The notes under the pieces: model-generated | The model's input: the letters and a program-made list of their open reading frames with translations, nothing else | Database searches by the model: none | What the model was told of the DNA's origin: nothing | Shown here: in pieces, positions 38,386 to 48,361 of the stretch | Numbering within the stretch: position 1 is the first letter of the stretch | Layout of the letters: the number at the start of each line of letters is the position of its first letter | Position numbers and translations under genes: made by a program | Origin: Nibribacter koreensis | GTDB taxonomy: Bacteria > Bacteroidota > Bacteroidia > Cytophagales > Hymenobacteraceae | Direction of reading: 5' to 3' | NCBI RefSeq assembly: GCF_039541795.1 | Contig: NZ_BAABGX010000002.1 | Coordinates: 7,808 to 71,807, forward strand | DNA length: 64,000 nt

Positions 38386-38501
38386 ATACATCTCAAACAG
38401 GGGCTGGCCACTTCTATTAAGGTTAGAATTGCTAAGTTTACCGTAAGTATCTTATCCGGGCTTTATATCGTTTTGATAAAAGCCACACAAGCATTCTGTA
38501 T

Positions 38502-39710
38502 TTGCCTATGTTTCAAGTTAACTTAAGACCCTACCGCGATTTCTTCAGGTCAGCCTCTGCTGGCGGCATCATCTTGATGGTTTGTTTAGTTGTTTCTTTG
38601 GTCATCGCCAACTCGCCGTTGGGAGATGAGCTGGAGGCGCTTCTGGCTACCGAGATTGGCTATGCATCATCTGGTTTAGACCTGCGCTACTCAGTGCTGC
38701 TCTGGATCAATGACGGCCTCATGGCCATATTCTTTTTGCTGGTAGGTCTTGAGATTAAGCGTGAACTGGTGGAGGGAGAGCTTTCTTCTTTGAAAAAGGC
38801 ATCCTTCCCGGTGTTTGCGGCGGTGGGTGGCATGTTAATACCGGCAGCCATTTACGGTCTCTTAAACCAAGGCACGGATACGGCCAGCGGCTGGGGCATT
38901 CCCATGGCCACAGACATTGCCTTCGCCATTGGCATCTTGTCCTTGCTGGGCAGACGCGTACCGCTCACGCTCAAGGTATTTTTGACGGCCCTGGCCATTG
39001 TTGATGATTTGGGTGCCATTCTGGTCATTGCTATTTTCTATTCCAAAGAGATGCAATTGACTTACCTACTGTATGCGGCGGGGGTGTTTGCCTTGCTGTT
39101 TGCCTTTAACAAGCTGGGCGTAAAAAGCATCATCTTCTATCTGGTGCCGGGCGTGTTCATGTGGTATTTCATTCACCACTCAGGCGTGCACGCCACCATT
39201 GCCGGCGTACTTACGGCCTTTACCCTGCCTACTACGCCGGGCAAAGAAGAGTCGCCGCTGGAGAAATTGGAACATGCGCTCACCAAGCCCGTCAACTTTC
39301 TCATCATGCCCATTTTTGCGCTGGCCAACACCAACATAGCCTTAGAGCTAAACATGGTAGACGGCTTGTACAGCTCACTAGGCCTGGGCATTATTCTGGG
39401 TCTCTTCTTGGGTAAGCCGGTTGGCATCTTTGCTCTATCCTGGCTTTCTGTAAAACTTGGCATTAGTGATTTACCAAAAGGTGTCACCTGGACGCAGGTG
39501 CTGGCCTTGAGTTTTCTGGCGGGCATTGGCTTTACCATGTCCATCTTTGTGGCCTTGCTGTCCTTTAGCAACCCAGAGTTCCAGACAGAAGCCAAGTTCT
39601 CAATTCTGGTGGCCTCCTTTATCTCTGGCTTAACCGGGTACCTGCTCTTGCGTCGGTATGCCACCCGCCATCCAGAGATTGCTCTGGCCAACCAAGCCCA
39701 GCAATCGTAA
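38502..39710 (+). CDS. nhaA: Na+/H+ antiporter NhaA
   Basis: 402 aa with 12 TM helices. NhaA signature 'ALAIVDDLGAILVIAIFY' and 'FFLLVGLEIKRE'. Confidence 0.85.
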   Translation: MPMFQVNLRPYRDFFRSASAGGIILMVCLVVSLVIANSPLGDELEALLATEIGYASSGLDLRYSVLLWINDGLMAIFFLLVGLEIKRELVEGELSSLKKASFPVFAAVGGMLIPAAIYGLLNQGTDTASGWGIPMATDIAFAIGILSLLGRRVPLTLKVFLTALAIVDDLGAILVIAIFYSKEMQLTYLLYAAGVFALLFAFNKLGVKSIIFYLVPGVFMWYFIHHSGVHATIAGVLTAFTLPTTPGKEESPLEKLEHALTKPVNFLIMPIFALANTNIALELNMVDGLYSSLGLGIILGLFLGKPVGIFALSWLSVKLGISDLPKGVTWTQVLALSFLAGIGFTMSIFVALLSFSNPEFQTEAKFSILVASFISGLTGYLLLRRYATRHPEIALANQAQQS

Positions 39711-39782
39711 ATCTAAATAGACTTATCAAACTAAGCGCCTGCCCTCAATTTCAACCAGGGGCACCCACTTAGTTTGACTGAG

Positions 39783-39822
39783 TGGTTTTTGGCCTGTTTT
39801 CCGGAAAACAGGCCAAAAATGG
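39783..39822. repeat. 38-bp intergenic palindromic element
   Basis: tggtttttggcctgttttccggaaaacaggccaaaaatgg. Confidence 0.7.
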
Positions 39823-40935
39823 CTAGGCGCGTTCTTCTTCCTGCCCGTCTTTCTTATGGTATTTAGAATTGGCGTTGGCCAAAAGCAGCTGCCGGATGCG
39901 GGCTATGTGCAGTTTGAGCTCGTCTGCCCGCTCCTGTTGGCTTTCTGACCAGTAGTGGTGGCCTCTGCGCCGGTCTTGTTGAGCCATGGCTTGGAGCATG
40001 GTGCGGCGCTCCTCTAGCATGCGCATGGCAATCCAAAGTGTCTCTTCCAGTGCTTCTACATTGGCATTCAGGAAAGAATCTTGCGTGAAGGCGTGCCCCA
40101 CGTGGCACCGGTAGTGCTTTACATGCCCGGTGCTTACCTCCCATAAGGCGCCGCCGCAGTCTGGGCAGGAAAAAGCCGAGCGGGGTCCCATCAGTTCTGT
40201 GTCTGTTATTCCCCCCGAGTCCAGCATGAGGCGTTCGGCTATCTGGGCTTCATAGGCAATGTCTTCGGGAATGACTTCTTGTGAGGAAGCCGGCACATAC
40301 ACCAGTTCCTTCAACAGCTCGCCCATCTCTGCCACTTTCACCACATAGTCCACCTCCATCATGTCCAGCACGCTCTGGGGCATGTCTGGGTATTCTGCCT
40401 CTGCGGGGCTTTGCACCATGGTGATGCCACCGCTGCGCTTGATCATCTCCATGCCCACGGTGCCGTCCTGCAACATGCCGGTGAGCACAATGCCAATGAC
40501 CCTGCTGTCATAGGCTGCGGCGGCAGACCTGAACAAGGGATCAATGGCGGGCCTGAACAGGTTTTCCCTAGGCCCTTTGGTCACCAGCATCCTTCCCTTT
40601 TGCAGCAGCAGGTGGTTGTCTTGGGGCACAAAATACACATTACCGTGCTCTATGGCCTGCTCATGCTGGGCCACCTGGCACTGCAACGGCGTGCATTTAC
40701 TTAAGCGCTCCACCAGAATCTGGGAGTTGGATTCTCTGGCCAGGTGCTGGACTATGAAAATGGACGCAGGCAGGTTGGCAGGCAACTGGGACAGCAGGCT
40801 GGTGAGCACGCTCATACCGCCGGCAGAGGTGCCAATGACAATGATATCATGGTGCAAAAATTTCATCTTGTGGCGGTGGTGGCTTGTCCTGTTCATACGA
40901 GCAATGGGTACCAAGAGGTAATGCAAGGAAGGCAA
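39823..40935 (-). CDS. Stand-alone CheB-type protein-glutamate methylesterase domain protein with C-terminal Zn-ribbon/helical extension (no REC domain)
   Basis: 'IIVIGTSAGGMSVLTSLL...IFIVQHL...GIVLTGMLQDGTVGMEMIKRSGGITMVQSP' is the CheB methylesterase catalytic core. C-terminal 'CPDCGG...HYRCHVGH'. Alternative start MKFLHHD at 40866. Confidence 0.75.
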   Translation of the reverse strand: MPSLHYLLVPIARMNRTSHHRHKMKFLHHDIIVIGTSAGGMSVLTSLLSQLPANLPASIFIVQHLARESNSQILVERLSKCTPLQCQVAQHEQAIEHGNVYFVPQDNHLLLQKGRMLVTKGPRENLFRPAIDPLFRSAAAAYDSRVIGIVLTGMLQDGTVGMEMIKRSGGITMVQSPAEAEYPDMPQSVLDMMEVDYVVKVAEMGELLKELVYVPASSQEVIPEDIAYEAQIAERLMLDSGGITDTELMGPRSAFSCPDCGGALWEVSTGHVKHYRCHVGHAFTQDSFLNANVEALEETLWIAMRMLEERRTMLQAMAQQDRRRGHHYWSESQQERADELKLHIARIRQLLLANANSKYHKKDGQEEERA

Positions 40936-41154
40936 TTAACCGCCTGCCCCTGTAGGACCAAATCACGGCCCGGGCCTCCGTATTAATCCGTATTCTTGTT
41001 TGGAACGACCTCTTTTTAGTGGAGTGTGAGGGGTAATTTGTACCTTGTAGGATTCAAAAACACAGGCTTGGTGTGTGGTTTAAGACAGGTCCTCTCCTGC
41101 TTTTCTGACGCCCCGGCGCAAGACCCATGCCTGCCTGCTACGTACACCAATTCA

Positions 41155-44136
41155 ATGGAGAGAGAAGAGATAGAACAACCTGCCATTACAGAGGATTTTT
41201 CTAGAAAAGGGGCCTCTGCCAAAAGCCCCGAAGAAAGCCGCCCGGCAGACAAGCACCATAACACTTTTCAGGTGGTGGGCTTGGGCGGTTCTGCGGGTTC
41301 TTTAGAGGGGTTTGAACAATTCTTCCAGCATGTGGGTACTAGTACAGGCATGGCCTTTGTGGTGGTGCCGCACCTGGACCCTACCCAAAAAGGCCTGATG
41401 ACCGAAATCATCCAGCGCTATACCTCCATGCCCGTAGTAGAGGTTACGGATGGCTTGACTATTGAGGCAGACCATGTCTATGTAGTACCCTCCAACAAAG
41501 AGACCTCACTAGAGAAAAACGTCTTTCAGCTACACCAGCCCGCCCAGCCCAACGGCCAACGCATGCCCATAGACTTCTTCTTTGAGAGCCTGGCCATGAA
41601 CCGCCGCGAGCACGCCATTGGCATCATCTTCTCCGGCATGGGCTCAGACGGGGCGGTGGGCGTTAAGATGATCATGGAGAACTTTGGGATGGTGATGGTG
41701 CAAGACCCCAATACCGCCCGCTTTGACAGCATGCCCCGCAACGCCATTAAGACCGAGTTTGTTGACCATGTGTTACGGGTAGAGGATATGCCCGAAAAGC
41801 TTCTCTCCTACGCCCAGATGCCGCCTATCAAAGGCAAGTATGTGGAGGAAGCGCACAAGTCCACCCAGATGCTGCAGAAAATCTTCTCGCTCATCCGCAA
41901 CAAGACGGGCCATGACTTCTCACTATACAAACGCAATACCATCTTCAGGCGCATAGAGCGGCGCATGAACAGCCACCAGATAGTCCAGTTCTCTGAGTAC
42001 GTGCACTTTTTACGGGAACACCCTCAGGAGGTGGAGCTCCTGTTTAAAGAGTTGTTGATTGGCGTGACCAAGTTCTTCAGAGACGCAGAGGCCTTTTCTC
42101 TTCTGCAGGACAAATACCTGCCAGAACTGCTTCAGGACAAGCAGGAGGGTGACACGGTGCGGGTGTGGGTGGCCGGCTGCTCTACCGGTGAAGAGGCTTA
42201 TTCTGTTGCCATGCTGCTGCAGGAAACCATGGACAAGCTCAACCTGCACTTAAAAACCCAGATTTTTGCCACCGACATTGACCCAGACGCCATTGAGAAG
42301 GCCCGTGATGCCTGCTACCTGGAGAACATTGTGGCAGACGTGAGCCCAGAGCGCCTGAGGCGGTTCTTCAACAAGATGGACGGCTACTACCACGTCAAGA
42401 AAGAACTGCGCGAAATGGTGGTGTTTGCCGTGCACAACGTAAACCGCGATGCGCCTTTCACCAAGCTGGACATGCTCACCTGCCGCAACCTGCTCATCTA
42501 TCTCTCCGCAGATTTGCAAAAGAAGCTGTTCCCGGTGTTCCATTACTCCTTAAAACCAAACGGGCTGTTGTTTTTGGGTTCGTCTGAGACTTTGTCTGGC
42601 TTCCCAGACATGTTCAACACCCTGGACACCAAATGGAAAATCTCACGCCGCTCAGACAACAACATCCCACTCGCGCGGCTGGTAGAATTCCCGTTCACCT
42701 TCAACTCCTTTGAAACCATTAAAACGCAACCAGAACCGCCTATTGCCGTGAAGAAAGAATCTAACATGAACGGTGTCATCCAGCGCGTTCTCTTACAGCA
42801 GTTTGCCCCGCCCACCGTCATCATCAACCCCAAAGGGGATATTTTTTATGTACACGGGCGCACCGGGCGGTACTTAGAGCCTGCCCAGGGCCAAGCCACC
42901 CTCAACATCTTTGACATGGCGCGCGAAGGCCTCCATTTTGAACTGGACAATCTGGTCACCAGAGCCTGCGTGCTCAATGAGTCTGTGCGCACCGAGGATG
43001 TACAGGTAAAGACAGATGCCGGCCCCAAGTACATTAACCTGACGGTGACGCCGCTCCAGGAGCCAGACGCGCTCACGGGCATGCTCATGGTGGTCTTGGA
43101 AGACAAGCCCGCCCCCAAGGTGCGCAAAAACCGCAAAGACAGTCCAGAAGAAGCCTCTGCCAAGGATGCGCGCATACAGGAGCTGGAAAAAGACTTGCTG
43201 TACACCAAACAACGCCTGCAAACGGTCATAGAAGAAATGAACTCCTCTCTGGAAGAACTCAAGTCTACCAATGAAGAACTGCAGAGCGCCAATGAGGAGT
43301 TGCAGAGCACCAATGAGGAGGCCATGACCAACAAAGAAGAGATGCAGTCTCTCAATGAAGAGCTCATGACCATCAACCTGCAGTTCCAGACCAAGGCAGA
43401 AGAGCTTACCAACTCAAACAATGACATGCGCAACCTCCTGGACAGCACAGAGGTGGCCACCATCTTCCTGGACAATGCACTCAACGTCAAAAACTTCACG
43501 CCGCAGGCCACCAAGGTATTCAATTTGATACGGGCAGACATTGGCCGCTCCATCACACACATTGTCTCTAACCTTAAATACAAGCACATAGCAGAAGACG
43601 TGCAAGAAGTCTTGGAGCGCCTGCGTAGTAAAGAGGTGCATCTGCAAACCGTAGATGAACAGAACTGGTTCTCCATGCGCATTCTGCCCTACCGCACCCT
43701 GGACAACTTCATTGACGGCGCCGTGGTCACGTTTACCAACATCACCAGCTTTAAAAACCTGGAGGCCAGCGTAGCCGCTACCAGCCAGTATGCCGCCAAC
43801 ATCATTGACATCATTCAACAACCGCTCCTGGTCCTGGATGGAGACCTGCGCGTGGAGTGCGCCAGCAATGCCTTCATGGACACGTTCCAGTTAATACCAG
43901 AGCAGCTGACAGGGCAACTGCTGTTCCATCTGGGCAATGGCCAGTGGGATATTCCGGCCTTGCGGCGGTTGATGGCCAAAGTGATACAAGAACACCAGGA
44001 AATCAAGAACGAGGTAATAGAGCATGAGTTTCCGGTGCTGGGGTACCGTAGAATGATTTTAAACTCGCGCCGGGTAGAGCAAACAGAAAGCAAACCGTTC
44101 AAGATTCTTCTGGCCATGGAGGTCTTTGAGAAATAA
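41155..44136 (+). CDS. CheB methylesterase / CheR methyltransferase fusion with PAS domains and a heptad coiled-coil linker
   Basis: N-terminal CheB core 'FQVVGLGGSAGSLEGF...VVVPHLDP'. CheR SAM-methyltransferase region 'VRVWVAGCSTGEEAYSVAMLL'. Coiled coil 'TNEELQSANEELQSTNEE'. C-terminal PAS domains. Start set at MEREEIEQ; the ORF extends upstream to 41026. Confidence 0.8.
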   Translation: MEREEIEQPAITEDFSRKGASAKSPEESRPADKHHNTFQVVGLGGSAGSLEGFEQFFQHVGTSTGMAFVVVPHLDPTQKGLMTEIIQRYTSMPVVEVTDGLTIEADHVYVVPSNKETSLEKNVFQLHQPAQPNGQRMPIDFFFESLAMNRREHAIGIIFSGMGSDGAVGVKMIMENFGMVMVQDPNTARFDSMPRNAIKTEFVDHVLRVEDMPEKLLSYAQMPPIKGKYVEEAHKSTQMLQKIFSLIRNKTGHDFSLYKRNTIFRRIERRMNSHQIVQFSEYVHFLREHPQEVELLFKELLIGVTKFFRDAEAFSLLQDKYLPELLQDKQEGDTVRVWVAGCSTGEEAYSVAMLLQETMDKLNLHLKTQIFATDIDPDAIEKARDACYLENIVADVSPERLRRFFNKMDGYYHVKKELREMVVFAVHNVNRDAPFTKLDMLTCRNLLIYLSADLQKKLFPVFHYSLKPNGLLFLGSSETLSGFPDMFNTLDTKWKISRRSDNNIPLARLVEFPFTFNSFETIKTQPEPPIAVKKESNMNGVIQRVLLQQFAPPTVIINPKGDIFYVHGRTGRYLEPAQGQATLNIFDMAREGLHFELDNLVTRACVLNESVRTEDVQVKTDAGPKYINLTVTPLQEPDALTGMLMVVLEDKPAPKVRKNRKDSPEEASAKDARIQELEKDLLYTKQRLQTVIEEMNSSLEELKSTNEELQSANEELQSTNEEAMTNKEEMQSLNEELMTINLQFQTKAEELTNSNNDMRNLLDSTEVATIFLDNALNVKNFTPQATKVFNLIRADIGRSITHIVSNLKYKHIAEDVQEVLERLRSKEVHLQTVDEQNWFSMRILPYRTLDNFIDGAVVTFTNITSFKNLEASVAATSQYAANIIDIIQQPLLVLDGDLRVECASNAFMDTFQLIPEQLTGQLLFHLGNGQWDIPALRRLMAKVIQEHQEIKNEVIEHEFPVLGYRRMILNSRRVEQTESKPFKILLAMEVFEK

Positions 44137-44186
44137 AGGCAAAGGAGGCGGTCTCCCCGCTTTTACAGGTTCTGAACGCAGGTAAC

Positions 44187-47100
44187 ATGAGTAAAGAGAG
44201 AAAAACACCTATGAGCATGACGCAGAACTTCTCCCTGCTTCGGCAAGAGGCCGAGAAACTTCAGAAACCTGTAAGCGAGGAAGATGTCCAAAACATGTCT
44301 CCGCATGAGGTGCGCCAGCTCATACAGGAACTGCAGATACACCAGGTAGAGCTAGAAATGCAGAACCATCAGATGCACCTGGCCACGCAAGAACTAGAAG
44401 CCGCCACCCGCAAATACCAGGACCTCTACCACCATGCCCCCTTTGGGTACGTGACCCTGGATGAACACGGCATCATTGAAGAGGTAAATGCCAAAGGCAA
44501 TCAGTTGCTGGAAGCTACCAGAGACCGGTTGGTAGCCCGCCGCTTTAGTCAGTTCATCCACCCAGACAGCTTGGACGCCTATTATGGCTTCTTCCGGAAC
44601 GTGCTGCTATCAGACAAGCCCCAGACCATTGAACTGCAGTTATTGGCAGGCAACACCCGTACCTTTTATGCCCAGGTAGAAGGCCTGTTGTTGCGGCGCC
44701 CCAATGACACGGACCAATGCCGCCTGGCATTTGTAGACGTGACCGAACGCAAGGAAGCGCACCAAGAACTGTTTAACAAAGAGACTCTGCTGTCTGCCGT
44801 CATCAACAACTCGCTCAACGCCATTCAGGTATTAAAAGCCGTGCGCAATGCCCAAGGCCAACTCATAGACTTTGAATGGGTGTTGCTCAACAGAACGGCA
44901 GAGGTCTTTCTGGATTACACCCAGCAACAATTAGGCAAAAAACGCCTTTCTGAGGTTTTGCCCGGCCTCATGGCAGAGCCGGTCTTCTCCAGACTGGTAG
45001 AGGTAGTAGAAAGAGAACAGCCCACCACGTTTGCGGCCCACCTGCCCTGGCAAAAGCAAGACCGCTGGATTAACTGCGTGGCCGTGAAACTGGAGGATGG
45101 CCTGGTGCTCACCTCTGAGGACGTCACCCAGCAGCGCATAGCCAATGAACGATTGCAGGAAAGCCAACTTCTGGTCAAGAAGATGGCAGAGGCCATGCCA
45201 GATTTTCTTTATGTAGAAGATTTACAGCTGGGCCGCAACGTCTACAACAACCGCAATTTCCTGCATTTTCTGGGCTACACAGACCAGGACATCACCGGCC
45301 ACCCGCGCCAGTTGCTGGACACCCTCTATCATCAAGAAGACGCACACCTGTTGTTTGGCAGACATAACCGGTATAAAGAAGTGCCAGATGGGCAGTTTTT
45401 GGAATACATGGTGCGCATTAAAGACAAGCAAGGCGACTGGCGAAGCATCCACTTTAGGGAGACGGTGTTCAAGCGCGGAGCCAATGGCATTCCCATTCAA
45501 CTGGTGGGCACCGCCCAGGACCTCACTGAAAAACTGCGCGCAGAGCAGAAACTACGCCAGATGCACAAGACCATCAGTGCCATTCTGGAAAGTTTGCCCA
45601 TCATCATCTGGCGCATTGACGCAAAGGGTTGCATTTTAGAATCCATGGGTTCTGGCTTGCAGCGGCTAGGCTACCAGGACCATGAGCTGGAAGGCAAGTT
45701 TATTACAGACGTCAACCCCAGCATTGTTCCCAACATCGCCTCTGTGCTGGCGGGCAACTCAGACATTTTTTTAGGCGAGTCTGAGGTGAACGGCCAGAAA
45801 GTATATAAGCAAAACTACTTCGTCTATGACCCAGAAACCAAGGACGGCATAGGCTTCTGCCTGGATGTGACTGAACAGAAAACCGCCGAAGCCGAAGTCC
45901 TTCACCGCAACATGGTGCTGGACCAGCTGTTGCAACACCTGCCCCTGGTACTGGCGGTCCTAGATCTGCAAGGAAACTACCAGGAGATTAGAGGAGCCGG
46001 CCTGCGCGCCGTGGGCATAGAGGACAATGCCTTAAAGGGGAAGAGCCTTTATGAGGTCTTCCCTCACCTTAAAGCCAACATACAGGATATACTGGACGGC
46101 CAGGTGAAAACCTTTACCGCTTCATTTACACATCAAGGCAAAGAAGTCTATTTTCAAAACTTTGGATTCCTGGATAAGGAAAAGCAACTGGGCATTGCGT
46201 TTGGCATAGACATCACAAACGTACATGAGACGCAGGAGAAGCTGGTCATGGAAAAGGAATTCTCTGAAAACCTTCTGGAGACGCACATCAATGGCATAGT
46301 AGCCTTTGATAAAGACTTGAACGTGACGGCCTGGAACAAGGCGATGGAAGAGATTACCGGTTACCCTAAGGCTAAGGTGCTAGGCAAGTCGGCCCAGTCT
46401 TTTCTGGCCAAAGGGAAACAGTCAGGCCTTAAGCAGAATTTAAAACGCGTCTTAAAAGGCTCATTGGTGACCATGCGGCACCTGCCCTTCCTTCCGCAGG
46501 ACAAGTCCTTTGAGGTAAACCTGGCACCGCTCTTTGGACCCAACAAAGAGGTAGCGGGCGTCTTGGGCGTGGTATGGGATGTGACTGCCCAAAAAGCGAA
46601 ACAGAAGGCAGAAACCCAGTTTGAGCTGTCCCAACAGAAAGCCGTAATGGAGGCTGTCCTGGCCACCCAGAATGAGGAGCGCAAGCGCATTGCCGAGGCC
46701 CTCCACAACAGCCTGGCCCAGCTGCTATATGCCGCCAAACTCAACCTGGAAGAACTACAGACCGAAGTATCTGACGGCTCCACCTTCCTTAAGCCTCTAT
46801 CAAGGGTCTCTGGTTTTTTAGAGGACGCCATCAAAGAAACCCGTACTCTGGCCCATGAGCTTATACCCAGGGCGCTGCAGGACTTGGGCCTTAAGTCTGC
46901 CCTCAAGGACCTGGCTACCCGGCTTACCTCAAGATCGTTGTCCATTCAATGCATTGTCACTGGCTTTGACGCGCCTACAGACTATGCCCTTGAGACGCAC
47001 ATCTTCAGGTTTGTGCAGGAACTCCTGAACAATATCATGAAACACGCGCAAGCCACCGAAGCACTGGTGCAAGTGGTAGACCAGGGCAGAAAAGTGCGCA

Positions 47101-47276
47101 TACGGGTAGAGGACAATGGCAAAGGCATGACTACCCAGCAAATAAAGGATAGCAACGCAAAAGGCATGGGCTTGAAAACACTCAAGAGCCGGGTTCATCT
47201 GCTGCAAGGCCATTTAACCATTGACTCTTCGGGCACAGAGGGCACCACGGTCACCATTGAGATCCCCACTAAATAA
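44187..47276 (+). CDS. Multi-PAS sensor histidine kinase, HisKA_3 (NarL-partner) type
   Basis: 1029 aa. At least four PAS-like segments. HisKA_3 H-box 'ERKRIAEALHNSLAQLLYAAKL'. HATPase_c region 'LLNNIMKHAQATE...DNGKGM...GMGLKTLKSR'. Confidence 0.8.
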   Translation: MSKERKTPMSMTQNFSLLRQEAEKLQKPVSEEDVQNMSPHEVRQLIQELQIHQVELEMQNHQMHLATQELEAATRKYQDLYHHAPFGYVTLDEHGIIEEVNAKGNQLLEATRDRLVARRFSQFIHPDSLDAYYGFFRNVLLSDKPQTIELQLLAGNTRTFYAQVEGLLLRRPNDTDQCRLAFVDVTERKEAHQELFNKETLLSAVINNSLNAIQVLKAVRNAQGQLIDFEWVLLNRTAEVFLDYTQQQLGKKRLSEVLPGLMAEPVFSRLVEVVEREQPTTFAAHLPWQKQDRWINCVAVKLEDGLVLTSEDVTQQRIANERLQESQLLVKKMAEAMPDFLYVEDLQLGRNVYNNRNFLHFLGYTDQDITGHPRQLLDTLYHQEDAHLLFGRHNRYKEVPDGQFLEYMVRIKDKQGDWRSIHFRETVFKRGANGIPIQLVGTAQDLTEKLRAEQKLRQMHKTISAILESLPIIIWRIDAKGCILESMGSGLQRLGYQDHELEGKFITDVNPSIVPNIASVLAGNSDIFLGESEVNGQKVYKQNYFVYDPETKDGIGFCLDVTEQKTAEAEVLHRNMVLDQLLQHLPLVLAVLDLQGNYQEIRGAGLRAVGIEDNALKGKSLYEVFPHLKANIQDILDGQVKTFTASFTHQGKEVYFQNFGFLDKEKQLGIAFGIDITNVHETQEKLVMEKEFSENLLETHINGIVAFDKDLNVTAWNKAMEEITGYPKAKVLGKSAQSFLAKGKQSGLKQNLKRVLKGSLVTMRHLPFLPQDKSFEVNLAPLFGPNKEVAGVLGVVWDVTAQKAKQKAETQFELSQQKAVMEAVLATQNEERKRIAEALHNSLAQLLYAAKLNLEELQTEVSDGSTFLKPLSRVSGFLEDAIKETRTLAHELIPRALQDLGLKSALKDLATRLTSRSLSIQCIVTGFDAPTDYALETHIFRFVQELLNNIMKHAQATEALVQVVDQGRKVRIRVEDNGKGMTTQQIKDSNAKGMGLKTLKSRVHLLQGHLTIDSSGTEGTTVTIEIPTK

Positions 47277-47280
47277 GACC

Positions 47281-47328
47281 GCCTTCGTTTTTGGCTTGTT
47301 TTAGGGAAAACAGGCCAAAAACGAAGGC
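47281..47328. repeat. Palindromic element, extended 48-bp perfect-arm copy
   Basis: gccttcgtttttggcttgttttagggaaaacaggccaaaaacgaaggc. Confidence 0.8.
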
Positions 47329-47351
47329 GCCAAAGGCAAGCTTGCCTCTTT

Positions 47352-47738
47352 CTATTTCAGTTGTAGGGCCGCTTCTTCTTTAGAAGGCACTATGGTCATG
47401 ATCATATGTAGACCAAGCAGTTCAAATACGTTGCGCACCTGGTCACTCATGCCATAAAGCACCATGGGAATGTGCAGACTATCCAGGGTGCCTAAGTGCG
47501 AGATAAAAACGCCCAAGCCCGCAGAAGATATGTATTGAAGCTTCTGGCAGTCAATCCAGAGTTGGGAGATAGGCCGAATGAGCGCATCTTCTATGGCGCG
47601 GTCCACCTCCAGGCACGTGGATGCATCCATCTCTCCTTCTAAGCGCAGGATGTAGGCCTGTTGCTCTTGTTCTATTTCAATCTTCATGGCCTCATGGGTT
47701 TTGTTTTTGAAAATAAGAAAAAGTATTCTCTTTTTCAA
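47352..47738 (-). CDS. STAS-domain anti-sigma-factor antagonist-like protein
   Basis: 'ILRLEGEMDASTCLEVDRAIEDAL...LWIDCQKLQYISSAGLGVF' shows the SpoIIAA-like fold with a conserved phosphorylatable-Ser region. Confidence 0.7.
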   Translation of the reverse strand: MKKRILFLIFKNKTHEAMKIEIEQEQQAYILRLEGEMDASTCLEVDRAIEDALIRPISQLWIDCQKLQYISSAGLGVFISHLGTLDSLHIPMVLYGMSDQVRNVFELLGLHMIMTIVPSKEEAALQLK

Positions 47739-47750
47739 CGGGCAGGTGCC

Positions 47751-48125
47751 TTATGTTTGTTTATCAGGCTGTTGCACGTACTGGAGAGCATTTTGCAGCG
47801 TAGGTTTTATGGTGACCAGAGAGTCAAAGCCAGAGCTGCTCACCGTTGCTTGAATGTCTTTGCGCATGTTATAGAGCACCAGCTCTTTCTTTTGCGCCTG
47901 TAAATTTGAGAGGTAGGGTAATAAAAGCCTAAGGCCTGAGGGGGTTACCTGCGTGATGCTTCCAAAATCCACCAGAACAAAGGAGCTCTTGAAGGGCGCG
48001 GCCTCCCGCAAGGCGTTTAAGAGGGTTTCGGCGTACTTTTCATCCAGGCTCCCGTGAAGAATAACCAATGGCGTATGCCCCGCCAATAGGGTTGCCTGCA
48101 CGCTTTTTTCATTTCTGCTTTCCAT
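47751..48125 (-). CDS. STAS-domain protein (second, tandem)
   Basis: 'FVLVDFGSITQVTPSGLRLLL' and the overall SpoIIAA-like pattern. Confidence 0.6.
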   Translation of the reverse strand: MESRNEKSVQATLLAGHTPLVILHGSLDEKYAETLLNALREAAPFKSSFVLVDFGSITQVTPSGLRLLLPYLSNLQAQKKELVLYNMRKDIQATVSSSGFDSLVTIKPTLQNALQYVQQPDKQT

Positions 48126-48361
48126 ACCTGTCGCCTCTTTATACCCTAGCAGTCAACTATTTACAAATATAAATTTAACATTGAAACTTTACAGATGGGT
48201 AAATACTATAAAAACTAGTACAAATACGCATTCTTCACCCGGGGGCATATTTTACGTATGAGAAGTGATGCTTGAGAAGATGCTAAGCTGTATTTTTAAT
48301 TATTGATTGTGGTTGTACCTCAAGAACGCCCACATAACGTAAAGGCTTACCCCCAAATACT

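Noticed and set aside
42846-43821. Minus-strand ORFs of 115-278 aa inside the CheB-CheR-PAS gene, and 46361..46945 and 46929..47213 inside the kinase gene
   Set aside because: They are antisense to genes with clear domain signatures. The composition is Ser, Arg and Cys rich.
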